From NCBI RefSeq assembly GCF_027922005.1, contig NZ_BSEV01000008.1, positions 280,704-320,703 of the forward strand: a DNA stretch of 40,000 nucleotides, read 5' to 3'. This document shows positions 17,168-25,908 of the stretch, piece after piece. A program made the translations under genes and the position numbers. Under the pieces are notes generated by a model. It saw only the letters and a list, made by a program, of their open reading frames with translations, made no database searches and was not told where the DNA came from. Within the stretch, counting starts at the first letter, position 1. Each line of letters opens with the position of its first letter. This DNA is from Streptosporangium carneum. GTDB lineage: Bacteria; Actinomycetota; Actinomycetes; Streptosporangiales; Streptosporangiaceae.

Positions 17168-17255
17168 CCCGGGTCGGCTCTCCAGCAGGCCCGACTCGGC
17201 TCTCCGACGGACCCGAGTCGCCTCTCCGGCAGACCCGGGTCAGCTCTCCGGCAGG
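17168..17255. repeat. 22-bp x4 tandem repeat spanning the GntR stop codon and the convergent intergenic region
   Basis: The four units are cccgggtcggctctccagcagg, cccgactcggctctccgacgga, cccgagtcgcctctccggcaga and cccgggtcagctctccggcagg, at 17168, 17190, 17212 and 17234. The last unit contains the GntR TGA (17240-17242, minus strand). Confidence 0.9.
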
Positions 17256-17938
17256 AGGGTCCGCAGGACGGCCAGGCTGCTCTCCCTGGTGCGGACGATC
17301 TGCGCGTACGCCACGGCCGCCGCCAGGTCCGGGTTGCCGCTGGCGATGGCGTCGCAGAGCTCCTGGTGCTTGAGCAGCTGAGAGTGCGGGTCGCGGCTGG
17401 GCAGCAGGTGGAACAGCCAGCGGACCCTGCCCTTGATCGGCTTCATGATCGACTGAAGGAGCGGGTTGTCGGAGAGCTTGAGGATCTCCCCGTGGAAGGC
17501 GGCGTTGGCCGCCTCGACACCGTGCCGGTCACCGGCCTCGGCGGCGGCCCTGCCCCGCTCGAGGCACTCGAGCAGGGCGACGGGCGGGGAGTGCCTGGCC
17601 TGGCGGGCGGCCAGCCGCGCCGCCAGGACCTCGAGCGACTCCCTGATGTCGTACAGGTTCTCGGCCTCGCGCAGCGTCAGCGTGGTGACCATCGCGCCGC
17701 GACGCGGGACCATCCTGACGAACCCCTCGGCCTCCAGCACGGGCAGCGCCTCGCGGACCGGAATGCGTGAGACGTTGAGCCGCTGGGCGAGGTCCCTCTC
17801 GCGGAGCCAGGTGCCCGCTTCCAGCGTCCCGTCGATGATCAGCTCACGGATGTGGTCGCAGATCTGCTCGGGAAGGGAACGGTTCGTCGTCCCGAGCGGC
17901 GCCGCGAAGTCGGGGGCCGCCACGCTTTTCTTGTCCAT
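17240..17938 (-). CDS. GntR-family transcriptional regulator (FadR subfamily, FCD domain)
   Basis: N-terminal winged helix (LPEQICDHIRELIIDGTLEAGTWLRERDLAQRLNVSRIPVREALPVLEAEGFV) plus an all-helical C-terminal FCD-like domain. Confidence 0.92.
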   Translation of the reverse strand: MDKKSVAAPDFAAPLGTTNRSLPEQICDHIRELIIDGTLEAGTWLRERDLAQRLNVSRIPVREALPVLEAEGFVRMVPRRGAMVTTLTLREAENLYDIRESLEVLAARLAARQARHSPPVALLECLERGRAAAEAGDRHGVEAANAAFHGEILKLSDNPLLQSIMKPIKGRVRWLFHLLPSRDPHSQLLKHQELCDAIASGNPDLAAAVAYAQIVRTRESSLAVLRTLLPES

Positions 17939-17956
17939 CTGTGCTGTCCCGCCCGG

Positions 17957-19192
17957 TCAGACCACGTTGAGGCGATTGCAGAGAGAGTTGAGCTCCTCGT
18001 GGCCGTCCTCTGTGACGAGCACTGTTCCCCCGAGGCACACTCGTTTGCGGTCCCGGCACGCGTTGGGCTCGAACGCGAATGCTACCCCAGGAACGATCAA
18101 GAAATCCCCGTCTCTCGGAGTTTCGTGGGGCAGCGGAAGCCCGGCCAGGCCCGGCTGGGAGTCGAGGCCCACGTGGGTCGCGCTGTTGAAGATCACCGGG
18201 GAGACCGTCTGCACCAGCGGCCCCATGTTCCAGCATCCGGCCTCGCGCAGCGGCGCCTCCATCGCCGCACACAACTCCGCGAAGGTGATCCCGGGCCTGA
18301 GCGTGTCCAGACCGGCACGGTAGGAGGCCTCGGTCACCTCGTGCAGGAACCTGTGGTCGGCGTCGGGCTCGCCGATCGAGATGTCGATCTGCTGCTGGGA
18401 CTCGAACCCGCCGTAGAAGGTGAACAGCTCCGCGCCGAAGGCGTCGCCCTTCTCCAGCACCCGGGAGCCGCCGCCCATCCAGATCCAGTCGGCTCCGGCC
18501 CAGCCGAGCCGTTCCGGGCCGCTGCGCTGCGGCCCGGTCAGCCACATGCCGCCGCGCCGGGTCACCTCGTTCATGCCCGCCGCGACGACCTCGCACTCGC
18601 GCACCCCGGCCCCTGCCGCCTCGATCATGGCGGCGCAGGCGTGCTCGCCGATCTGCGCGGACTTGCGAATCATGGCCAGTTCCTCGGCGCTGTGCACCAG
18701 CATGACCGTCTCGTAGCGGCCCGCGACGTCGACGAACTCCGCCTCCGGCAGCGCGTCCAGGATCCGCTTCCAGGTGTTGTGCGAAATGGTGCCCGCCGCG
18801 CTGGCGGGCGCCCTGCTGGTCAGGCCGACCACACCGATCCGCGCGCGGGCCAGGCCCAGCTCGGTGATCACGTCCGCCGGGCCGTACGAGCGGGAGGTCA
18901 GCCGCTGGTCCGGCACCCAGCGTTCGTAGGCCCGTCCCGGGATGTCGTGCCTGCCGAGGGTGACGTTGCCGCTGGCGACCATGGTGACCGGCTCGCCGGC
19001 GCGCGGCAGCAGGCACAGCCCCCGGGTCCCCTCGTTGGTGATGTAGCGGTCGAGCTGGTCGCGGCCCATCCCGGAGACGAGGAGCGCGTCCAGGCCGAGC
19101 TCGTCCATCAGCTCGCGCAACAGCCGTAGTCGGCGATCCCGTTCGGCGGTCGTGAGGGTGGGGAAGTCGGTGTCGGCCATGAGTCCGGTCAC
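17957..19192 (-). CDS. M24-family hydrolase (creatinase/prolidase fold), possibly non-peptidase
   Basis: Creatinase-type N-domain (RLRLLRELMDELGLDALLV) and a pita-bread C-domain (LEKGDAF..., AFAFEPN, VLVTEDGHEEL). Several canonical metal-ligand positions look substituted by eye. The GTG start has GGAAGG 9 nt upstream. Confidence 0.8.
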   Translation of the reverse strand: MTGLMADTDFPTLTTAERDRRLRLLRELMDELGLDALLVSGMGRDQLDRYITNEGTRGLCLLPRAGEPVTMVASGNVTLGRHDIPGRAYERWVPDQRLTSRSYGPADVITELGLARARIGVVGLTSRAPASAAGTISHNTWKRILDALPEAEFVDVAGRYETVMLVHSAEELAMIRKSAQIGEHACAAMIEAAGAGVRECEVVAAGMNEVTRRGGMWLTGPQRSGPERLGWAGADWIWMGGGSRVLEKGDAFGAELFTFYGGFESQQQIDISIGEPDADHRFLHEVTEASYRAGLDTLRPGITFAELCAAMEAPLREAGCWNMGPLVQTVSPVIFNSATHVGLDSQPGLAGLPLPHETPRDGDFLIVPGVAFAFEPNACRDRKRVCLGGTVLVTEDGHEELNSLCNRLNVV

Positions 19193-19219
19193 GGAGGCCT
19201 GCCTTCCAGAACAAGGGGG

Positions 19220-19231
19220 GTTGGTATGCCA
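19220..19231. promoter_or_regulatory. Candidate GntR operator 1 (TTGGTATGCCAA)
   Basis: One mismatch from the perfect palindrome TTGGTATACCAA. It lies 27 nt upstream of the M24 GTG, in the AT-rich divergent intergenic region. Confidence 0.5.
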
Positions 19232-19341
19232 AATATTATCGACTCGACCGCGCTGACGCGAGACCCCGAAGCTGACAGGAAACCAAACACCTACGTTTTA
19301 CCTGCTAGTTGACGAGCGAAAAAGCGGGTTCGGAATCACAG

Positions 19342-19353
19342 GTTGACGTCAAC
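19342..19353. promoter_or_regulatory. Perfect 12-bp palindrome GTTGACGTCAAC in the divergent promoter region
   Basis: Read directly. It contains TTGACG (-35-like) on both strands. The binding protein is unknown. Confidence 0.35.
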
Positions 19354-19383
19354 CCCTAGCGCTGAGGCTCGAAGGTCGGCAGA

Positions 19384-19395
19384 CTGTATACCAAT
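19384..19395. promoter_or_regulatory. Candidate GntR operator 2 (CTGTATACCAAT, contains GT-AT-AC core)
   Basis: The right half TATACCAA is identical to the ideal palindrome half of operator 1. It lies 26 nt upstream of the SBP GTG, mirroring the position of operator 1. Confidence 0.45.
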
Positions 19396-19421
19396 GTTCC
19401 CCCCGCCCCCCGGAGGACAAC

Positions 19422-21005
19422 GTGTACCTCGGTCGCTCTCTCACCGTGACCCGAGGCGCTGGGTTGGGCGCCGCCCTGCTCGCCTTCGCCACCCTCACCG
19501 CCTGCACCGCCGGAGGAACCGCCTCCCGAACGGGCGCCACCCCCGCCGCCCGCGACACCCTCACCTTCGGGGTCGACGGCACCCTGCCCAACCTCGACCC
19601 GATCCTCGCCAGCAACTCGACCGTGGACCAGGCCGTCGTGCCCGTCTACGACGCGCTGCTCGACTTCAGCCCGGCCAACGAGATCGTCGGCAGGCTCGCG
19701 GAGAAGTGGACCGTCGCCCCCGACGCCCGCTCCGTCGAGTTCACCCTGCGTCCGGGCGTCACCTTCCACGACGGCACCCCGGTCACCGCCAAGGACGTCG
19801 CCTACACCCTGGACCGGATCAAAAAACTCGGCGTCGGCGTCGCGGAGTCCGTCTCCGCCTACGAGAAGACCGAGATCTCCGACGACACCCACTTCACGAT
19901 CAGGCTCAGCACGCCCTCCTCGCTCTTCCTCGGCGCGCTCAGCAAGGTGTACGTCCTCAACTCGAAACTCGTCCAGGCCGGCGCCGGGTCCGACGACGGC
20001 CAGGCCTGGCTCGCCACCCACGTCGCGGGCAGCGGGCCGTACACCCTCGCCTCCTACACCCCCAACCAGCACATCAAGTACGTCCGCAACGACGCCTACG
20101 CGGGGGCGGACCCGCGCATCGCCAAGACGGTCGTCTACCGGCTGCTCCCGGAGAGCTCCACCCAGCGGGACGAGCTGGAGAACGGCAACATCGACGTCTC
20201 CGACGGCATCGACCCCATCGACGTGCCCGCCTTCGAGAACAACCCCCGCTTCGAGGCGGTCAGGCTCAAGAAACCCCAGGGCCTGTACGTCTTCTTCAAC
20301 ACCCAGAAGGGGGCCACCGCCGACAGGCGGATCCGCGAGGCCGTCCGGCTCGCCTACGACTACCAGGGCCACGCCAAGACGATCCTGCGCGGCTTCGGCA
20401 GCGTCGCGGCGGGCCCGCTGCCCGACACCATGGGCTGCCGCGCCGACATCCCGGACGCCAGACAGGACCTGGCCCGCGCCAGGGAACTGGTCGCCGAGTC
20501 CGGGCAGAAGGACCTCAAACTGACCATGGCATACCAGCAGATCTTCAGCGAGCACGCCGAGGCCGCCACCGCCCTGCAGTCGGCTCTCAAGCAGATCGGC
20601 ATCACCCTGGAGCTGAAGCCGACCGCCTACCCCAACTACCTCGAGTCGCTCAAGAGCGTCGACACGACCCCGCAACTGGCCCTGCTCTGGGACAACCCGC
20701 CCACCCCCGACGCGGGCTCGCTGCTGTACCGCACCTACAGCTCCAAGTTCCTCGGTTCGAGCACCAACTACGGCCAGTACAAGAACGCCGAGGTGGACGC
20801 GCTGCTGGACAAGGCCGTCTCCAGCGGAGACGAGACCGCCCGGTGCGCGGCCTACAAGAAGGCGCAGGAGCTCATCGAGGCCGACGCGGCCACGATGAAC
20901 ATCGCCGACCACGAGACCGTGATCATCGCTCCCAAGGGCGTGACCGGCATCGAGCTGTATCCCGCCCACGTCGGCTACGTGCCGCAGGCCTACAAGGTGA
21001 GCTGA
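19422..21005 (+). CDS. ABC transporter substrate-binding lipoprotein (family 5, peptide/nickel/opine type)
   Basis: 527 aa. Signal peptide with lipobox LAFATLTAC, and typical SBP_bac_5 features throughout (VTFHDGTPVTAKDVAYTLDR). GGAGGA lies upstream of the GTG. Confidence 0.92.
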   Translation: MYLGRSLTVTRGAGLGAALLAFATLTACTAGGTASRTGATPAARDTLTFGVDGTLPNLDPILASNSTVDQAVVPVYDALLDFSPANEIVGRLAEKWTVAPDARSVEFTLRPGVTFHDGTPVTAKDVAYTLDRIKKLGVGVAESVSAYEKTEISDDTHFTIRLSTPSSLFLGALSKVYVLNSKLVQAGAGSDDGQAWLATHVAGSGPYTLASYTPNQHIKYVRNDAYAGADPRIAKTVVYRLLPESSTQRDELENGNIDVSDGIDPIDVPAFENNPRFEAVRLKKPQGLYVFFNTQKGATADRRIREAVRLAYDYQGHAKTILRGFGSVAAGPLPDTMGCRADIPDARQDLARARELVAESGQKDLKLTMAYQQIFSEHAEAATALQSALKQIGITLELKPTAYPNYLESLKSVDTTPQLALLWDNPPTPDAGSLLYRTYSSKFLGSSTNYGQYKNAEVDALLDKAVSSGDETARCAAYKKAQELIEADAATMNIADHETVIIAPKGVTGIELYPAHVGYVPQAYKVS

Positions 21006-21010
21006 CCCGA

Positions 21011-22060
21011 ATGGACCGGCGCCTGACGCGTTACCTGCTGCGACGGCTGTGGCTCGTCGTCCTGGCGGTCTGGGGTCTCGCGACCCTCGTCTTCTTCATG
21101 ATCAAAGCCATCCCCGGCGACGAGGCGCAGAGCGCGGCGGGGATCACCGCGACCCCCGAACAGGTGGAGGTCGTCCGCGAACGGCTGGGACTGAACCTGC
21201 CGCTCTGGGGACAGTACCTCGCCTACCTGGGACGGCTGCTGCACGGTGACCTCGGCAGCTCGATCTTCACCTTCCGTCCCGTCACCGCCGACCTCGGCGG
21301 CGCGCTGCCGGCGACGGTCGAACTGGTCGCCGCGGCGGTGCTGCTCAACCTGCTGATCGGCGTCCCCGTCGGAATGCTGGCCGCGGCCTACGAGCGGCGC
21401 AGGCCCGACGCGGCCATCCGGCTGGGCGCCATCGCGGGCGGCGCGCTGCCGCTGTTCTGGCTGGGCCTGATCCTCCAGCACCTGTTCGGCGCGCGGCTCG
21501 GCATCCTGCCGATCTCCGGCACGCAGTCGATGGGCATGGAGGCGCCCCGGGTCACCGGCATGGCCACCGTGGACTCCCTGCTCGCCGGCGACCTCATGGG
21601 CTGGTGGGACGCGGTGCAGCACCTGGTGCTGCCCGCCGTGACCCTGTCGGTCCCGTTCATCGCGTTCGCGGTCAGACTCGTCCGCACCTCCATGATCACC
21701 GCTTTGGAGGCCGACCACGTGGTGATGGCCCGCGCCAAGGGCGCCTCCCCGCTGCGGGTGATGCTCCAGCACGGGCTGCGCACCTGCCTCGGCCCGATCG
21801 TCACCCTCATCGGCATGCAGACCGGCTGGATGATCGGCGCCGCCGTACTGATCGAGGGCGTCTTCGGCCGTCCCGGCGTCGGGGCCTACCTGACCGAGGC
21901 CGTCCAGCAGAAGGACACCTTCGCGGTGCTCGGCGTCGTGCTGTTCACCGGCGTCACGGTCACCCTGGTCAACCTCGCCGTCGACCTCGTCCAACTCGTC
22001 AGCGACCCCAGGGTCCGCGCCGCCCAACTCGGCGCGTCCCCGCTCGGAGCGAAGGCATGA
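21011..22060 (+). CDS. ABC transporter permease (DppB/OppB-like)
   Basis: N-terminus MDRRLTRYLLRRLWLVVLAVWGLATLVFFMIKAIPGD is typical of the family. The real start is internal to the artefactual track ORF 19343..22060. Confidence 0.92.
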   Translation: MDRRLTRYLLRRLWLVVLAVWGLATLVFFMIKAIPGDEAQSAAGITATPEQVEVVRERLGLNLPLWGQYLAYLGRLLHGDLGSSIFTFRPVTADLGGALPATVELVAAAVLLNLLIGVPVGMLAAAYERRRPDAAIRLGAIAGGALPLFWLGLILQHLFGARLGILPISGTQSMGMEAPRVTGMATVDSLLAGDLMGWWDAVQHLVLPAVTLSVPFIAFAVRLVRTSMITALEADHVVMARAKGASPLRVMLQHGLRTCLGPIVTLIGMQTGWMIGAAVLIEGVFGRPGVGAYLTEAVQQKDTFAVLGVVLFTGVTVTLVNLAVDLVQLVSDPRVRAAQLGASPLGAKA

Positions 22061-22917
22061 CCAGCATGACCACCTCCGCCCTGCTGCGCCGCCCGGTGCT
22101 CCGGCTGCGCCGCATGCCGAAACTGGACCGCGCCGCGTTCGCCATGGTCGGCCTGCTGCTGCTGACGGTCGCCTTCGGCCCGCTGCTCGCGCCGTACGAC
22201 CCCTACCACGTCGACCTCGGGCAGGCCATGCTGCCGCCGGGCGCCGAACACTGGCTCGGCACGGACTCCTCGGGACGCGACGTCCTCAGCCGCGTCCTGT
22301 ACGGCGCGCGGCCCACGATCCTCGGCTCGCTGTGCGCCGTCGGGCTGTCGGCGCTGATCGGGGTCACCGTCGCCTCGCTGGCCGCGCTCGCCCCCCGATG
22401 GGTCGACGACGCGATCATGCGGATCTGCGACATCGCGCTGTCCCTGCCGATCATGGTGATGGCGCTGGGCATCTCCGTCGCCCTCGGCCCGAGCCTGCGC
22501 TCGGCGATCATCGCGATGGTGCTGTCGTGGTGGCCCAGCTTCACCCGGCTGGCCCGCGCGGAGATCCGTACCACGATGACCTCCACCTACGTGGAGTCGG
22601 CCGTGATCACCGGGGTCTCCCGCTGGCGGCTGATGACCCGGCACGTGCTGCCCAACTCGCTGGACAGCGTGTACGTGCAGGTCACGCTGGAGATCGGCGG
22701 CGCCACCCTGATCATGGCGGGCCTGTCGTTCATCGGCGCGGGAGCCCAGCCGCCGAGCGCCGAATGGGGCGCCATGGTCGAGAGCGGCTCCCGTTTCCTC
22801 ACCAGCGCCTGGTGGACCGCCGTCGTCCCCGGCGCCGTCATAACGCTCACCGCGCTCGCGTTCGCCCTGGCGGGCGACGCGCTGCGGGCCAGGACCAGCG
22901 GCCGGGAGGTCATGTGA
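22057..22917 (+). CDS. ABC transporter permease (DppC/OppC-like)
   Basis: [32 protein letters not shown], and an EAA-loop region. The ATG overlaps the upstream stop (ATGA at 22057). Confidence 0.92.
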   Translation: MTSMTTSALLRRPVLRLRRMPKLDRAAFAMVGLLLLTVAFGPLLAPYDPYHVDLGQAMLPPGAEHWLGTDSSGRDVLSRVLYGARPTILGSLCAVGLSALIGVTVASLAALAPRWVDDAIMRICDIALSLPIMVMALGISVALGPSLRSAIIAMVLSWWPSFTRLARAEIRTTMTSTYVESAVITGVSRWRLMTRHVLPNSLDSVYVQVTLEIGGATLIMAGLSFIGAGAQPPSAEWGAMVESGSRFLTSAWWTAVVPGAVITLTALAFALAGDALRARTSGREVM

Positions 22918-23951
22918 GAACGCCGCGGAACACCCCGGCGAGCGACAGCTCGGCGGACGGAGAAGCGCTGCTCGACGTGCGCGGGCTCAGCGTGGACTTC
23001 CCGGTCGCGGGCGGCCGGGGGCGCACGCTGCGGATCGTCCGCGAGCTCGACCTGACCGTCGCCCCGGGAGAGCGGGTCGCCCTCGTCGGCGAATCCGGTT
23101 CGGGGAAGTCGGTGACCGCCCGCGCGCTGCTCAGGCTGGACCGGCACGCCGTGATCGGCGGCCAGATCCTGTTCGAGGGCCGCGACCTGGTGACGCTGAC
23201 CGAACGCGAGCTGCGCAGGATACGCGGCACGCGGATCGCGATGGTGCTCCAGGACCCGCAGACCACGCTCAACCCGGTGCTCAGCATCGGCGACCAGCTC
23301 GCCGAAACCCTCACCATCCGCGGCGTTCCTCGCAAGGCGGCGCTGGTCAGGGCACGGGAGGCGCTCGACAGGCTCGGCGTGGCACGCGCCGGGGAACGGC
23401 TGCGCGCCTACCCGCACGAGTTCTCCGGCGGCATGCGGCAGCGGGTCTGCCTGGCCATGGCCATCATCGGCGACCCCGCCGTGCTGATCGCCGACGAGCC
23501 GACGACCGCGCTGGACGTCCGGGTGCAGCAGCAGGTGCTCGAGCTCATCGACGAGCTCGCCGCGGAGAGCGGGATGGCCGTGCTGCTGATCACCCACGAC
23601 CTGGGCGTCGTCGCCGGATACGCCGACCGCGTCGCCGTCATGTACGCCGGACGCAAGATCGAGGGAAGCGGGGTCGAGGACTTCTTCGCCGCCCCCCGGC
23701 ACCCCTACGCGCAGGGCCTGCTGCGCTCGGTGCCCCGCGTCGACCGCGACGTCAGCACCGACCTCGACCTGATCCCCGGCACTCCGCCCAACCCGGCGGA
23801 ACCGCCGAGCGGCTGCGCCTTCCACCCCCGGTGCGACCGGTGGGTCGAGCGCTGCCTCACCGAGATCCCGGAGCTGCGGGTGCTCCAGGACGAGGAGCGG
23901 GCGGTGGCCTGCCACCGCGCCCTCCCCGAGCGGGAGGAGGTCGTCGCGTGA
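22914..23951 (+). CDS. ABC transporter ATP-binding protein (DppD/OppD-like)
   Basis: Walker A GESGSGKS, signature FSGGMRQR, Walker [12 protein letters not shown], and a C-terminal oligopeptide-type extension with CAFHPRC. GTGA overlap at 22914. Confidence 0.92.
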   Translation: MRTPRNTPASDSSADGEALLDVRGLSVDFPVAGGRGRTLRIVRELDLTVAPGERVALVGESGSGKSVTARALLRLDRHAVIGGQILFEGRDLVTLTERELRRIRGTRIAMVLQDPQTTLNPVLSIGDQLAETLTIRGVPRKAALVRAREALDRLGVARAGERLRAYPHEFSGGMRQRVCLAMAIIGDPAVLIADEPTTALDVRVQQQVLELIDELAAESGMAVLLITHDLGVVAGYADRVAVMYAGRKIEGSGVEDFFAAPRHPYAQGLLRSVPRVDRDVSTDLDLIPGTPPNPAEPPSGCAFHPRCDRWVERCLTEIPELRVLQDEERAVACHRALPEREEVVA

Positions 23952-24772
23952 GCCGTACCCTGCTGGCCGTCGACGGACTCGGCAAGACCTTCGCCTCGCG
24001 GGACCGGGGCGAACCGGTGAAGGCCGTCGACGACGTCTCCTTCACCCTGGACCAGGGCGAGACCCTCGGCCTGGTCGGCGAGTCAGGCTCGGGGAAGTCC
24101 ACGATCACCCGCTGCCTCGTCGGCCTGGAACGCCCCGACACGGGCACCGTCACCTACGACGGCTTCGACGTGCTGCGCGCGGGCCGTGACGAGCGACGCC
24201 GCTTCCGCCGCGAGGTGCAGCTGGTGTTCCAGAACCCGTACGCCAGCCTCAACCCGCGGATGACCGTGGAGGACCTGGTCGGCGAGCAGCTGCTGGTGCA
24301 CCAGGGCCGCCGCTCCCGCGAAGGCCGCCGCGAACGGGTCGTCGAGGTGCTGGAGATGGTCGGGCTGACCGGGGCCCACCTGCCCCGCTACCCCGCCCAG
24401 TTCTCCGGCGGGCAGCGGCAGCGCATCGCCATCGCCCGTGCCCTGGTCTCCGAACCGAAGGTGCTGATCTGCGACGAGCCCGTCTCGGCCCTGGACGTCT
24501 CGGTCCAGGCCCAGGTGATCAACCTGCTGCGCGCCATGCGCAGGGAACTGGGGCTCACCGTCCTGTTCATCGCGCACGACCTGGCCGTGGTCCGCCAGCT
24601 CTGCGACCGGCTGCTCGTCCTCAAGGACGGCAGGGTCGTCGAGGAGGGCAGCCGCGAACAGGTGTACGGCGCGCCCGCCCACGAATACACCCGGGCGCTG
24701 CTCGCCGCGGTGCCCATCCCCGACCCGGCGGCCGACCGCGCCCGCCGCCGTCACTACCAGGAGAGCCGTTGA
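23948..24772 (+). CDS. ABC transporter ATP-binding protein (DppF/OppF-like)
   Basis: Walker [10 protein letters not shown], signature FSGGQRQR, Walker B LICDEPVSALD. GTGA overlap at 23948. Confidence 0.92.
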   Translation: MSRTLLAVDGLGKTFASRDRGEPVKAVDDVSFTLDQGETLGLVGESGSGKSTITRCLVGLERPDTGTVTYDGFDVLRAGRDERRRFRREVQLVFQNPYASLNPRMTVEDLVGEQLLVHQGRRSREGRRERVVEVLEMVGLTGAHLPRYPAQFSGGQRQRIAIARALVSEPKVLICDEPVSALDVSVQAQVINLLRAMRRELGLTVLFIAHDLAVVRQLCDRLLVLKDGRVVEEGSREQVYGAPAHEYTRALLAAVPIPDPAADRARRRHYQESR

Positions 24773-25863
24773 CCAGGATCGGGCTTGACGTCAAGCTGCC
24801 CTCCGCGTTGCGCCCGGTCAAGGGCGCCGTCGCCGACCCGCCGCTCGAGGTGCTCGGGCAGGTCGCCGCCGCCGGGCTCGACGGGGTGCTGCTGCGCACC
24901 ATGGCCGAACTCTCGCCGACCCTGGACCCCGGATTCCTGCGCGAGCTGCGGGAACGCGCCGACGAGCTCGGCCTGTACCTCGAACTCGGCGCGGGCAAGG
25001 TCAACCCGTACATGACCGCCGAGCTGCCCGAGGTGCGCGAGCTGGGCGGCGGCAGCTACCTGGCCGGGATGGAACGCATGATCGAGGCGGCGGCCGCGAT
25101 CGGCTGCCTCGACCTGTGGACCGCCACCGGCAACTACAAGGCGCACCTGCCCGGGGTGCACGCCACCGACCGTTACCGGGGCGAGGCGCCCTGGCCCGAC
25201 CAGCTCGCCGCGACCGAGCGTTTCCTGCGCAGGCTCGCCCCGTGCCTGCGTGCCAACGGGGTACGGCTCAACCTGGAGACCCACGAGGAGATCACCACCT
25301 TCGAGGTGGTGCGGCTGGTCGAGTCCGTCGGCCCCGACGTGCTCGGCGTCACCTTCGACACCGCCAACGTCTACGTGCACGGCGAGGACGTGCTCGCGGC
25401 GGCGCGCAGGGTCGCGCCGTACGTCCGGATGGCCCACCTGCGCGACGTCGCGCTCTTTCCCTGCCCCGACGGGGTGAGCCGCTACCTGGTGCCGTGCGGC
25501 GTGGGAGTGATCGACTGGCCCGCGCTGCTGGAGATCCTCGGCGGTCTGACGAACCTGACCGTCGAGCCCGCGGGCAGCGGCCAGCGCGACATGACCATGC
25601 ACCTCGCCCTGCCCGAGTGGCGGGCCTCCCATCCCGACCTGGACGAGCGCGAGCTCGCCGAGATCGACCGCCAGGTCGGGGCCTACGCAGGGCTGGTCGC
25701 CGAAGGCGCCGCCCCCGGGCGGGACGCCTGGCGCGACGGCAGCCCCTACACCCGCGACGAGTTCGCCGGCCGCAGCGCCCGTCACCTGCGTGACCTCCTC
25801 GGCGTCCCCCAGCCGGAGAGCGCCACGCCGCTGAGCGGCTTCGCCGCAGGCCAGTACAACTGA
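24769..25863 (+). CDS. Sugar-phosphate isomerase/epimerase-type TIM-barrel protein (xylose isomerase-like), paralog 1
   Basis: NLETHEEITTFEVVRLVESVGPDVLGVTFDTANV and related motifs are typical of the AP_endonuc_2 / xylose-isomerase-like TIM barrel. The TTG start overlaps the upstream stop (TTGA at 24769). Confidence 0.85.
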   Translation: MTRIGLDVKLPSALRPVKGAVADPPLEVLGQVAAAGLDGVLLRTMAELSPTLDPGFLRELRERADELGLYLELGAGKVNPYMTAELPEVRELGGGSYLAGMERMIEAAAAIGCLDLWTATGNYKAHLPGVHATDRYRGEAPWPDQLAATERFLRRLAPCLRANGVRLNLETHEEITTFEVVRLVESVGPDVLGVTFDTANVYVHGEDVLAAARRVAPYVRMAHLRDVALFPCPDGVSRYLVPCGVGVIDWPALLEILGGLTNLTVEPAGSGQRDMTMHLALPEWRASHPDLDERELAEIDRQVGAYAGLVAEGAAPGRDAWRDGSPYTRDEFAGRSARHLRDLLGVPQPESATPLSGFAAGQYN

Positions 25864-25908
25864 CCGCCCTCCTGTGGGCCGGTACGACCTTTTGTGAAAG
25901 GACCTCAC

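Noticed and set aside
19343-22060. 905-aa plus-strand ORF spanning the SBP and first permease
   Set aside because: Its first ~555 residues are an Arg/Pro-rich alternative frame overlapping the genuine SBP gene. Only the part from ATG 21011 (MDRRLTRYLL...) is a real permease.
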